DNA of 64,000 nucleotides from Eledone cirrhosa (Eukaryota). The translations under genes were made by a program, and so were the position numbers. Positions 11,737-22,855 of this stretch are shown piece by piece; the stretch's first letter is position 1, and each line of letters opens with the position of its first letter. The stretch is from assembly GCA_964016885.1 (NCBI GenBank), contig OZ024740.1:29884001-29948000 (forward strand), read 5' to 3'. The notes under the pieces are model-generated. The model did no database searches. It saw nothing but the letters and a program-made list of their open reading frames with translations, and was not told the DNA's origin.

Positions 11737-13622
11737 TTACCTTACTTCTCGTAGGGGAAGGACGGTTTTTCCATCCTTTTCACTGCTTGTGGCCTCCTCA
11801 GGAAGGATGTCCTTATAAATCCTCCTGGAGAGTGCTTGTCGGAAGTCTCCGATGTCTTTGGGGAATTTTTGTTTTAGAGAAATGTACGTTTTCTGTGTGA
11901 TGCGAGTGATTTGTATGTGTGGAGGTGGTGTGAATTTTGGGGTTGTTGTGTAGTCTTTTTCTGTGATGCTGGTGTTGTGTTGGATGTAGTGTAATAATTG
12001 CTTGTTGTTCAAATTTAATGCTGTGTAGTGTGTATCGTTTTGGTTGTTTTGTTTTGTTTGCGTTTGTTGTGGGTTTGTTTCTGTTTCGCATTTTGGTGAC
12101 TTTTGTGGTGTAGGTGATGGTGGTGTTGGGGTTAATGATGGTGATGGTGTTGATGTTTGGGTTGATGGGGTTGGTGATGCTGGTGTGGATGGTGGGATAT
12201 CTGTCCTAACTTTTTTGTTTCTTAATTTATTTGTTTCCCTCTGTATTTTGTTTTTGGAGGGGGAAGGAAGAGAATTTTTTCTTGTTTGGTTTCTTTTTTT
12301 TTTCCGGATATCGTTTCCCACTCCTCGTCGTCACAATCTGTCTCCAGTTGTGATAGGCCGGGGAGTGGAAAATCCTCCACAGGCGTTAGTTTTGGTTGTG
12401 GCGTGGTGGATGGTGTAGGCGCTGGTGCTAGTTCTGAAGCGTTGGGTGGTGGTGGTGTTGGTTTTGCTGGTGGTGGTGGTGGTGTTGGTTTTGCTACTGT
12501 TGCTGTTATAGTTGCTTCTGTTGTTGCTGCCATCTCTGCTACTGGTAGTGTTGATGGTTGTGTCACTGGGGTGGGTAGGAGAGGTGGCCTCAACCTTTTA
12601 GCCTGAGGGCAGAAAGCCCTTAGGTGGGTTCCTTCACCACAAACGACACACCTAGGTCTTCTGCCCTCGACAATTACCGTGAGGTGGCTGCCGTCAGTGA
12701 GGTCTATTACCTCTGGGATCTCCTCAATGCTTTTTTGGTCCGCTTGGATCAGGAGCTCCATCCCAGATCCGGACCAGTTCTCCTGCTTTTCTTTTGCTAT
12801 TGCTATTATTTTTGTGTTGGCTTCGATGCCGGCGAGGACGGCCGCTATTAGCCAGGGAATTTCGATGGCCGGTGGAACGTAGGTCACCCTGATCTTTACG
12901 AGTCTCTGGCCACAATAGCTTGGGACGAGTGTGAAGTCATGACTTCTTAATGGGGCCATGGAGTGTTCTCTAGCCTCCTCTGGTGTTTCAAAGAACACGT
13001 CCACGGTTCCATACTTCTGCCCACGTCTGATGTGGGTTTTTCTTGCCCACACATGTCCCAAAGCTTTTTGGATTTGGGACTCGGATGCCCGTTCCACTCG
13101 GCGCGATTTTACATTTATTGTTCGATACGACACGGTGCATAGGCGCCGATGCTCCATTTTATTAGGTGGGGGGGGTGAGGCTGACCCTGTACCCATCTTT
13201 CTTTACCATTTGTTTGGCATTTTCTAAATCCTCCTGAGTTACCGTAAATGCTTCGAACTGTTTTGCTACTCTGGCGAAACTGAGGGTCGTTTTTATAATG
13301 TCATTGTTGTTGTTGTTGCTATCGTTATTTGTGTTAATATTAATTTTAGTTTCAGTTGTGGTGGTGCTGACGTCAGTCGTCTTTGGTGGGAAGAGTCCAT
13401 TTTGCTTGATTTCATTTCGACATCACGAGTTAATTTATTTTTTTCTTCTTTTGTTTCTGTTGTCGCGGTGGTGGTGGGGGTGGGGGTTGTCGCGGTGGTG
13501 GTGGTGGAGGGTTTAACACCTGCAGTCATTGGTAATGGCGGGAAATGAATGTCTGCCTGAGACAAATTTAAAATATTGCTACTGCTTATATTTTTCTTTT
13601 GTGTTGGCAAACGTAGTAACAT
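11737..13622 (-). pseudogene. LINE ORF1 (CCHC nucleic-acid-binding protein) broken by single-base frameshifts
   Basis: CVVCGEGTHLRAFC knuckle and Pro/Thr-rich tail; frame changes at T-run ~12293-12302, G8 run 13168-13175 and ~13415; stop 34 nt before the ORF2 ATG. Confidence 0.8.
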
Positions 13623-13910
13623 TTACAATGGTGGTGTCGGTGTGAGGTGTTAATTTGTGAGGAAGGCTTTCAGCTGCTTGGTGCAGAGGTGAATTAGCCA
13701 TTTTTTTTCAAAGAAATGTTTTGATAATAATAAAAGTTTAAATTTTGGGCACAAGGCCCCAATCTTTTTGGGTGTCCTTTTCGGAAAACAATGTATGTGC
13801 GCTTATATATGGTTAACAATAAAAATTTTCCATAAATGGCAATTTTTAACAAACGGAAATAACAAACCTTTGCGGAGTTCACGGTGATACGATTTACTAC
13901 GTAGGTCGCC

Positions 13911-13945
<35 letters not shown>

Positions 13946-15967
13946 AATATTGTGTACAGTGCCCAGGTGCACCACAACTCATCAAAAAGTGCATGTACAG
14001 TACATAGGGCAATGCACAAACATCAGGAAAATGAATAGTGCACGAGTCATGATACACACATGTGTGCATGTGTATGGAAGGAGTACATCATGTGTAGTTT
14101 TGGCGTATTTCGGGAAGCATGAGTGTCTTAAAGGATGCAGTGTCTCGGCAGCTAACAACTAACGCAGACAGTTTGTTCCATGCTTCAGCAACTCTGAGCG
14201 TGAAAAAATGTCTACGAAAGTCATGGGAGCTGTGCTGTTTTCTGATTTTGTAGGCATGTCCACGTGTGTTACACACATGTAGATCAAAAAGGTGCTCAGG
14301 GCTGCAATTGGCGAGATGGTTAATAACTTTGTGGGTATTCACCAAGTCCATTGCCAGACGTCGGAGCTTCAATGAATCCATGCCCAGGGAAGCAAGGCGT
14401 TCAGAGTATGGTAGGTGTCTGATGGAGGGTATGTGCTTGGTTGCATATCTCTGAACAGTTTCCAGGAGGTCAATATTCTGAGCAAGATAAGGGTTCCAGA
14501 ATGATGATGCGAATTCCAAGTGTGGTCATACCATAGCTGTATACAGTTTTAAATAGATGACTGGAGAGCGGCTAACAAAGGTCTTGCTGAGTGATGCCAA
14601 GACACCCTCGGCTTTCTTGACAATCTTAGAGACATGCTTTGTCCAACGCAAATCGCTGCTGACAGTAATGCCCAGGTCACGTTCACAAGAAGACTTCTTG
14701 ATATCAGTGTTGTGGAGGGAGTATGCGGACGCTGGATTTTTCCTTCCAAAATGCATGGTGGTACACTTGTCCACAGCCAGCTTCAGTTGCCAGTCTGTGA
14801 TCCATTGCTGCATTGTGTCCAGGTCTGATTGTAGGAAAGAGTTGTAAATTTCAGGATCAGTCCTTTTGATTTCAAGGTACAGCTTGATGTCATCTGTATA
14901 TTTCAGTACCGTGGCATTCTGTAAGTTGGCATCTATGTCATTAATATATGCCACAAACAAAAGGGGACCAAGAACAGATCCCTGTGGTACACCAGATGAC
15001 ATCTCATATGGTGAAGAATGCTGTCCTATCCTAGAACCGTGACTACTTCTTTTCGGCTGAGAATGAAGGACTTCAACCAGTCGAAAATATCATCCCTCAC
15101 ACCAATTGCAGAGAGTTTTGCCATAAGTCTTTTGTGTGGCACATAATTAAAAGCCTTAGCAAAGTCAAGGTAAACAACATCCACCCATGAGCCGCTGTCA
15201 GTGATCCGGGTGATGTCTTCAAGGAACTCGATAAGCTGATCATAGCAGCTGGAGTTAGGGATAAATGCAAACTGTGAGGGCTGGATGAGGCTGTGAGAGC
15301 TCCAGAAGTTCCAAAGTGTTTCTCTGACACAGGATTCCATCAGTTTGGCCATACAGCTAGTAAGACTGACTGGACGATAGTTGACAGGTGACATGCGGTT
15401 GCCCTTTTTGAACAGGGGAATAACACTGGCAGTTTTCCACTGCTCCGGAGTAGCACCATTGTTGAGACAGTATTGAAAGAAGAAAGAAAGCTGGCGCAAA
15501 AGGAAATACCCGCCACGTTTGAGAAGCAGGTATGTCACACCATCAAGGCCAGGGGAGGCATAGTGGCGCTTATTCTTATGGTGACGTCGCAACATTGCAG
15601 GTGTAAATTCCATAGTTGTTATGGAATTTGATGTTAGAGATGGTGGAGATGGTACATTCTGGTTTTAAACAGTAAAAATACTTGCATAGCACTCAGCAAT
15701 GAGTTCTGCGAATTCTTTGGGATCGTCAGTGATCTGGCTTGTGTGGGGATTTCGACGAGGACCAACTGGAGAGTAAAGTCTCTGCTTTGAATGGACATAT
15801 TTCCAGAACAACTTACTGTCAGGATTGGTTGCTATGCACTGTTCAAATTCAAGCACTGCCTTCTTTGTCACTTGCTTGAGATGGTTAGAAGATTTATTCC
15901 GCTTTTTTCTGTTGGCATCTGATTTATGCAGTTTATATTCCCGTTCAGCGTTCCGACGTTCTTTCCT
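13911..15967 (-). mobile_element. 5'-truncated CR1-clade LINE (RT region, disrupted)
   Basis: NYRPVSLTS, YLDFAKAF, SGVPQGSVLGPLLF, YTDD, ERDLG, TRGH; (ATT)n tail; highly similar to 28511-30543. Confidence 0.93.
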
Positions 15968-16085
15968 TACAATTCAAAGGATAAACGATTACACAAGAGA
16001 CGACGACAATTTCCTTTTCTACACAAACTTGTCACCGGGGAGCTGGCCGGTCAAAAATAAACTCAAAATTGATAGAAAGAGAGAA
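15968..16085 (+). mobile_element. Possible 3' end of another (CATA)n-associated retroelement
   Basis: AATAAA, then ends AGAA|CATACATAC like the R4-like element at 6335. Confidence 0.4.
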
Positions 16086-16119
16086 CATACATACATACAT
16101 ACATACATACATACATACA

Positions 16120-16705
16120 TGGTGGCTGCCAATTCGTTTTCGAGTACGGCCACTACTTTATATCCATGTAGGAGAACCCATACCAATGCGCTGAACGGGT
16201 GTGACTTTTTAGTCCAGCCAGCAACTTGAAAATTCTGGTACAAACACTACACTTGTGACAATTATTGACACATAGTGCTGGGCCCATGGCACCACGTGAC
16301 GACAAGTGCAGAGAGATCTCCTGATATAAAGCAATGCCTGTGCCGTGAAGCTTTTATAGTGAGCAAAAGCACTGCACAAAGCCAGTCCCACTCTCTTAAC
16401 CAAGATGATATTTACCAAAAAGAAGAACAAGTCAACATCATTGGATACCATCAGGGTTGCAGGTGTTATATCAGAGTTTTCCTTCTCCTAGAATTCTGCC
16501 TTGACAAAGGCTAAGGGGTCATCTCTCCCGGTGATTTTGGATGGCCATTGACTCTTAAGAGCTCCTTTGCCCTTTGTAGGATGTCCAAAGTCACCCTCCT
16601 CACCAGGAAACCTTGGTGGGGTTGCCAGTTTAGTCGCCAACGACCCGACCATGAGACAGGTTGTACTGGGATACATGTTACCAGTAACACCAACTGGTGA
16701 CCTGA
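16120..16705 (-). mobile_element. RTE-derived non-autonomous (bipartite) element
   Basis: CTAGGAGAAGGAAAACTCTG, a motif typical of RTE 5' regions; 3' end CTCGAAAACGA..GGCAGCC followed by (ATGT)n; no RT ORF. Confidence 0.62.
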
Positions 16706-16797
16706 CATACATACATACATACATACATACATACATACATACATACATACATACATACAAACATACATACATACATACATACATACATACATACATA

Positions 16798-16890
16798 ATG
16801 GCTGCCCCCTCGTTATCGAGTATGACTAGTGCACGTTATACCATTATTAATAATTATTAATTAATTCTATCGTGCAATGCCTGTGCGCAA
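16798..16890 (-). mobile_element. RTE-like 3' tail fragment
   Basis: CTCGATAACGAGGGGGCAGCC followed by (TATG)n, parallel to the end at 16120-16150. Confidence 0.55.
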
Positions 16891-17764
16891 AGAAAAGTTC
16901 CAGGACTGATGTCACAAAAGATTTATTTCAAACCCAAACTTCACACTAACACTTTTCTCCTTCAAAGTAATCCCCTGGAGTCTAGTGCACTTTTCCATCC
17001 TTTTCTGCCACGCTTGCATGCACTCCTGAAATGATTCTTCCGGGATCCTCCGCAGTTCCGTCGTCACGGCCTTTTTGATGTCGTCCACGTCTTCAAAACG
17101 GGTCCCCTCTGGGTCGTACTCGAAGATCCATGACTCATCACCGGTGATGACTGTCCCTAGCAAGTCTGGTTCGGTTTCAAGACGCTCGAGGATGTCCTGG
17201 CACACTTGCATGCGTCGACCCTTCTGGTCATCGTTCAGCAGTTTTGGCACCATCTTCGCGCAGACTTTCCGCATGTCTAAATCTTCAGTGAGAATCTTCC
17301 AGACGCTGTCCCGATTCATGCCCAGCTTATTTGCCATCAGTCGAACAGTCAGCCGACGATCGCTACGCACCATCTGCCCGACGCGCTCAATGTTGACCTC
17401 AGTCCTGGTTGTTGAGGGCCTTCGCTCCTGGGGTCATCTTCCACATTCTCAAAAACACGTGAGCGTGACATCGTCTCATCTCCATACACTTGCTGCAGCA
17501 ATCCCAGTGCTTCTGACGGAGTTTTCCCCAACCGTACCAGAAACTTCAAGTTTGTTCGGTGCTCTGTGCTCATTGCCTGACGACCTGAAACAGAGGACAT
17601 GTATATAAAATTATGAAGAAAAAAGTTTGATCGCTGCAGAGAGTTAAGATTACAGTTACATACTCCAGGGGGATTACATTGAAGGAGAAAACTCTTAGTG
17701 TGAAGTTTGGGTTTGAAATAAATCTTTTGTGACATCAGTCCTGGAATTTTTCTGACACACCTCG
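16891..17764 (-). mobile_element. Internally deleted mariner (Tc1/mariner) transposon with ~90-100-bp TIRs
   Basis: TIR arms 16891-16981 / 17662-17753; transposase remnants KFLVRLGKTPSE, EDDPRS, KVCAKMVPKLL, ITGDESW; TA tract at right end. Confidence 0.92.
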
Positions 17765-17784
17765 CATATATATATATATATATA

Positions 17785-18415
17785 TGTGTATTTGCTGGCA
17801 TTAGCGTACATCTGTGCGCTTATGTTAGTAGATATATTAAATTATCTATATTTATCTCCAAATCACTGATTTGTCGAGCAAACCTGCCAAAACCACTTCT
17901 AAATTTTTTTTTGGGGGGGGGGGGGGTTAGTAGGCGTCTGTCATCTTACCATCCCATTCCTACTGACTAGCCTCTGTGTCACGTGATTGATTCTTTAGAA
18001 TCGGCCATATGATCAGTGGCAGTGAGAATTTTCAGTGGCTGGAATCCAGTCCTCGATAGTTGTTCCAGTTGCCGAATTATTATTATTTTTATATGAGTCC
18101 CCAGTGTCCGCGCATCGCCTGGAGACTAGGCTGAGAATGACCTCCCTGATGACGCAATGAAATTCTCAACAGTTCATTACGTAACTGTCTTTATCCCATT
18201 GCAGAAACTAATTAGTTGGAGTGAAAATTTAAGTAAGTAAGTTAATTTTTTTGAAAAATTTTTTTAAAGAAATTTTCTTATTTTACGTCTTATATATTAT
18301 TGTTCTGCATCCTCCTGCATTGAACCACCTAGGTACTATGACATAACCTGTGTATTTGCTGGCATTAGCGTACATCTGTGCGCTTATGTTAGTTGATATA
18401 TTAAATTATCTATAT
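17785..18415 (+). mobile_element. Retrozyme/pLTR-like non-coding element with 67-bp terminal direct repeat
   Basis: 17785-17851 matches 18349-18415 (1 mismatch; period 564); internal hammerhead; (TA)n both sides. Confidence 0.8.
18142..18221 (+). ncRNA. Type I hammerhead ribozyme
   Basis: CTCC-CTGATGA-C-GCAATG...CATTGC-A-GAAA-CTAATTAG-TT-GGAG; palindromic stem III. Confidence 0.78.
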
Positions 18416-18532
18416 ATATATATATAAATATATATATATAACAAAGGAATTGTGGTAAGGAACCAGATGGACCATAACGCACCAGAGTACTCAATACTTA
18501 GGGTAGTAGAGTGGGAAATAGGGAAAAGTATG

Positions 18533-18629
18533 ACCCCGACGGCAGAGCTCACGCCGTTTCGACAGCTATTTCTGGACTAAATTAGAATTTTTAGCCTGGT
18601 GAATAAATAGCCGAACTTGTCAAGGGGGT
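18533..18629 (-). ncRNA. Type I hammerhead, U3-A8 core variant
   Basis: Minus strand CCCC-TTGACAA-G..GGCTATTT...AAATAGCT..C-GAAA-CGGCG(TGAGCTC)TGCCG-TC-GGGG. Confidence 0.72.
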
Positions 18630-18762
18630 ACTTCCTTATATGGGAAGATTGTAGTTGTCAAGAGGATTGGTTAAAATTTCTTGTAAACACAAATAAGTCT
18701 ATCATGGCATTTGGTTGGAGGTAGGAGTGGCTGAACTTGCCTGTAGAACAATAGGGGAGTGA

Positions 18763-19110
18763 GTGGAGCGGTCAAGCGTTGAAAGCGATAGATTTACGTG
18801 CCCCCTCAACAACAAATGCCGAGAACGTAACGTGATCTATCAGTGCAACGTGAGGACGGACACCTCCAACAAAGCTTATATAGGATTAACCGCGTATGAT
18901 TTCAAGACCCGGCTTTACCAACACCGACATACTTTCGGAAACCCGGTCCGGCGACATACCACTACACTTTCGGACCACTTCTGGGACCTCCAAGGTAATA
19001 ATATAACCTACAATCTCACTTGGTGCTTACTGTCCAGAGCTAACTCTTACACGGCAGGTCGCCGTCCGTGTAACTTATGCTCGGAGGAAACATTACAAAC
19101 TCCTAAACAA
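18763..19110 (+). pseudogene. Penelope GIY-YIG endonuclease domain fragment
   Basis: CPLNNKC..NVIYQ..AYIGLT..FKTRLYQH..TTLSDHFW..CNLCSEE. Confidence 0.88.
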
Positions 19111-19188
19111 GAAAAATATACTTATTTGTGTTTACAACACATTTTAACCAATCCTCTTGACAACTACAATCTTCCCATATAAGGAAGT

Positions 19189-19285
19189 ACCCCCTTGACA
19201 TGTTCGACTATTTATTCACCAGGCTAAAATTTCTAATTTAGTCCAGAAATAGCCGTCGAAACGGCTTGAGCTCCGCCGTCGGGGT
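19189..19285 (+). ncRNA. Second copy of the U3-A8 hammerhead with A9->U change
   Basis: CCCC-TTGACAT-G...C-GAAA-CGGC..GCCG-TC-GGGG; core substitution likely inactivating. Confidence 0.55.
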
Positions 19286-19505
19286 CATACTTTTTCCTAT
19301 ATATATATATATATAACCCTATGCATTCATAATGCAATCATTTTATACACACATTCGATATAGATACTCCTAACAGAAAGACATATACGTGTATTTACAC
19401 TATATTATATATATATAGCTGTTTATGTGTGTGTGTGTGGGTGTGATATGGGAGTTATATGTGTGTGTGTGTGTGAGAGAGTCAGTGTGTGTGTGTGTGT
19501 ATTAT

Positions 19506-19946
19506 ACATACAATTGTATATCCTTGCATCTTAATAGCAAACATATCCGCCATGTTTGAATACCCGAATCAATTCATATCCGATACTAGACAGATAGATA
19601 CTCATCGAATTATTCCGCCACCGAGCATTTTGATTGGTTCCAAATGTGTAGAAATACTCTTGGAAAAGCTAACACGAAAATACATTGATGATGCTAAGAA
19701 CATAAACGACATCCAGGGGTTTAGTGATCGAAACTCAACAAACACCGAACAACAAAAAATTAATGTTTACTTACGTTTAGCAATTCAACTAAAAGATTAA
19801 TGGTGGAAAGGACAATTGAGGAGAAGATAGGCAAAGATGGGGCTATTGAATCTAGAATAAAGGCAGGAAAAGTGTTGACTTAAAGTGGGGTAAATATCTT
19901 AATAATCTATAATTGAAATGTATAAGATGGGCGACTGTTGGTGAGT
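19506..19946. promoter_or_regulatory. Candidate bidirectional promoter with divergent first exons
   Basis: YY1-type CCGCCATGTT at 19547-56; CCAAT box (ATTGG 19633-37); minus AAACATGG..ATT|GTATGT; plus ATG..TG|GTGAGT at 19941. Confidence 0.4.
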
Positions 19947-19998
19947 TAACTATTTACCTAAATAGGTTGACAGACATAGCTAGCTAGGAAAGTGGTAC

Positions 19999-20034
<36 letters not shown>

Positions 20035-20364
20035 GCTGTCAAGCTATGCCAATTAATCGAATTTCAAGCTGGTTCATCCAAATATCTATATTATATTTGT
20101 GTGTGTTGTGTGTTATGTGTTGTGTGTTATGTGTGTGTATGTGTGTTGTGTGTGTGTATGTATGTGTGTGTGTGTAGTGAGTGTATGTGTGTGTGGTCCA
20201 CGTATATACTAATACCACCGCTTCCAATACCATCTAGACCATCATCTCGAACTCTACCAATACCAGTACCTTCCCCACTACAAACATCACCATCACTACC
20301 ATTAAAACTACCACTAACCATCACATACAACAGTCATCACTGCTACTGCCACTATCATTATACT

Positions 20365-22065
20365 AAAGGAGGTAGAGACCACCTTGCGTCAGGAATAACC
20401 ATGGGATTTCAACCTAGAAAGTTCTCCTCCGAGACACGGGGTGGAAGGCCCTCTCCACGCCACTGATGTTGTCCAAGGTAAAGTCCTCCGAGACACGGGG
20501 TGGAAGGCCCTCTCCACGCCACTGATGTTGTCCAAGGTAAAGTCATCCGAGACACGGGGTGGAAGGCCCTCTCCACGCCACTGATGTTGTCCAAGGTAAA
20601 GTCCTCCGAGACACGGGGTGGAAGGCCCTCTCCACGCCACTGATGTTGTCCAAGGTAAAGTCCTCCGAGACACGGGGTGGAAGGCCCTCTCCACGCCACT
20701 GATACTGTCCAAGGTAAAGTCCTCCGAGACACGGGGTGGAAGGCCCTCTCCACGCCACTGATACTGTCCAAGGTAAAGTCCTCCGAGACACGGGGTGGAA
20801 GGCCCTCTCCACGCCACTGATACTGTCCAAGGTAAAGTCCTCCGAGACACGGGGTGGAAGGCCCTCTCCACGCCACTGATACTGTCCAAGGTAAAGTCCT
20901 CCGAGACACGGGGTGGAAGGCCCTCTCCACGCCACTGATACTGTCCAAGGTAAAGTCCTCCGAGACACGGGGTGGAAGGCCCTCTCCACGCCACTGATAC
21001 TGTCCAAGGTAAAGTCCTCCGAGACACGGGGTGGAAGGCCCTCTCCACGCCACTGATGTTGTCCAAGGTAAAGTCCTCCGAGACACGGGGTGGAAGGCCC
21101 TCTCCACGCCACTGATACTGTCCAAGGTAAAGTCCTCCGAGACACGGGGTGGAAGGCCCTCTCCACGCCACTGATACTGTCCAAGGTAAAGTCATCCGAG
21201 ACACGGGGTGGAAGGCCCTCTCCACGCCACTGATGTTGTCCAAGGTAAAGTCCTCCGAGACACGGGGTGGAAGGCCCTCTCCACGCCACTGATACTGTCC
21301 AAGGTAAAGTCCTCCGAGACACGGGGTGGAAGGCCCTCTCCACGCCACTCATGTTGTCCAAGGTAAAGTCCTCCGAGACACGGGGTGGAAGGCCCTCTCC
21401 ACGCCACTGATGTTGTCCAAGGTAAAGTCCTCCGAGACACGGGGTGGAAGGCCCTCTCCACTCCACTGATGTTGTCCAAGGTAAAGTCCTCCGAGACACG
21501 GGGTGGAAGGCCCTCTCCACGCCACTGATGTTGTCCAATGTAAAGTCCTCCGAGACACGGGGTGGAAGGCCCTCTCCACGCCACTGATGTTGTCCAAGGT
21601 AAAGTCCTCCGAGACACGGGGTGGAAGGCCCTCTCCACGCCACTGATGTTGTCCAAGGTAAAGTCCTCCGAGACACGGGGTGGAAGGCCCTCTCCACGCC
21701 ACTGATGTTGTCCAAGGTAAAGTCCTCCGAGACACGGGGTGGAAGGCCCTCTCCACGCCACTGATACTGTCCAAGGTAAAGTCCTCCGAGACACGGGGTG
21801 GAAGGCCCTCTCCACGCCACCGATGTTGTCCAAGGTAAAGTCCTCCGAGACACGGGGTGGAAGGCCCTCTCCACGCCACCGATGTTGTCCAAGGTAAAGG
21901 TAATGGCTGATACAGTTTGACACCAGTGACGTCGCAACTCATTTCTACAGCTAAGTAAACTGGAGCAACGTGAAATAAAGTATCTTGCTCAAGGACACAA
22001 TGCATTACCGAGTCCGAGAATCGAACTGACAAACTCCTGATTACACGCCCAACGCTCTAACCACA
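20365..22065 (-). mobile_element. CORE-type tRNA-derived SINE expanded by an internal tandem array
   Basis: Head GTGGTTAGAGCG..GTTCGATTCT and TGTGTCCTTGAGCAAG at 21900-22065; body continues after the array at 20424-20365. Confidence 0.78.
20425..21899. repeat. Minisatellite, 25 x 59 bp
   Basis: Unit TCCTCCGAGACACGGGGTGGAAGGCCCTCTCCACGCCACTGAT(GT/AC)TGTCCAAGGTAAAG; first at 20425, last at 21841. Confidence 0.97.
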
Positions 22066-22164
22066 ACAAAACTTAAAAAACATCAACAATATTACCACTG
22101 TAGCTACCACGGGTACTAGCTGCAATAACAAAGCACCACTACGACGCCACTAACAAAACCATCA

Positions 22165-22296
22165 TTACTGCTTCTACTACTACTACTGCTACTACTACAA
22201 CTACTGCTACTACTACTACTACTGCTACTACTACAACTACTGCTACTACTACAACTACTGCTACTACTACAACTACTGCTACTACTACAACTACTG

Positions 22297-22339
<43 letters not shown>

Positions 22340-22650
22340 AACTACCACCACTACTACTGCTACTACTACAACTACTGCTACTACTACAACTACTGCTACT
22401 ACTACTACTACTACTGCTACTACTACTACTACTACTACTACAACTACCACCACTACTACTGCTACTACTACAACTACTGCTACTACTACAACTACTGCTA
22501 CTACTACTACTACTGCTACTACTACTACTACTACAACTACCACTACCACCACTACTACTGCTACTACTACAACTACTGCTACTACTACAACTACTGCTAC
22601 TACTACAACTACTCCTACTACTACTACTACTACTACTACTACTGCTGCTA

Positions 22651-22747
<97 letters not shown>

Positions 22748-22824
22748 AACTACCACCACTACTACTGCTACTACTACAACTACTGCTACTACTACAACTA
22801 CTGCTACTACTACTACAACTACTG

Positions 22825-22855
<31 letters not shown>

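Larger units (their letters stand above)
8040..13910 (-). mobile_element. Full-length Tx1/L1-clade LINE inserted in (ATT)n
   Basis: Putative 5'UTR from 13910, ORF1 (zinc knuckle), ORF2 (APE-RT-CCHC), 3'UTR with AATAAA; (AAT)n on both flanks (7992-8039, 13911-13943). Confidence 0.9.
18441..19299 (+). mobile_element. Penelope-like element 3' remnant with inverted pLTRs
   Basis: GIY-YIG ORF between inverted repeats 18519-18698 / 19120-19299; (TA)n flanks. Confidence 0.9.

Noticed and set aside
8232-12900. Many plus-strand ORFs antisense to the LINE
   Set aside because: Shadow ORFs of a GC-rich coding strand
13800-13910. Possible HDV-like ribozyme at the Tx1 5' end
   Set aside because: Could not build the P1-P4 nested pseudoknot
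19489-19800. 103-aa plus-strand ORF
   Set aside because: Starts in a GT repeat and has no recognisable domain; better read as promoter/UTR sequence
20455-20505. CTGATG...CGAGAC in the 59-bp unit resembling a hammerhead
   Set aside because: Core reads CUGAUGU and GAGA, with no valid stem II/III or UH site
20389-22032. Long minus-strand ORFs in all three frames; CRISPR-like look
   Set aside because: They arise from a stop-free 59-bp unit, and there are no unique spacers or cas genes
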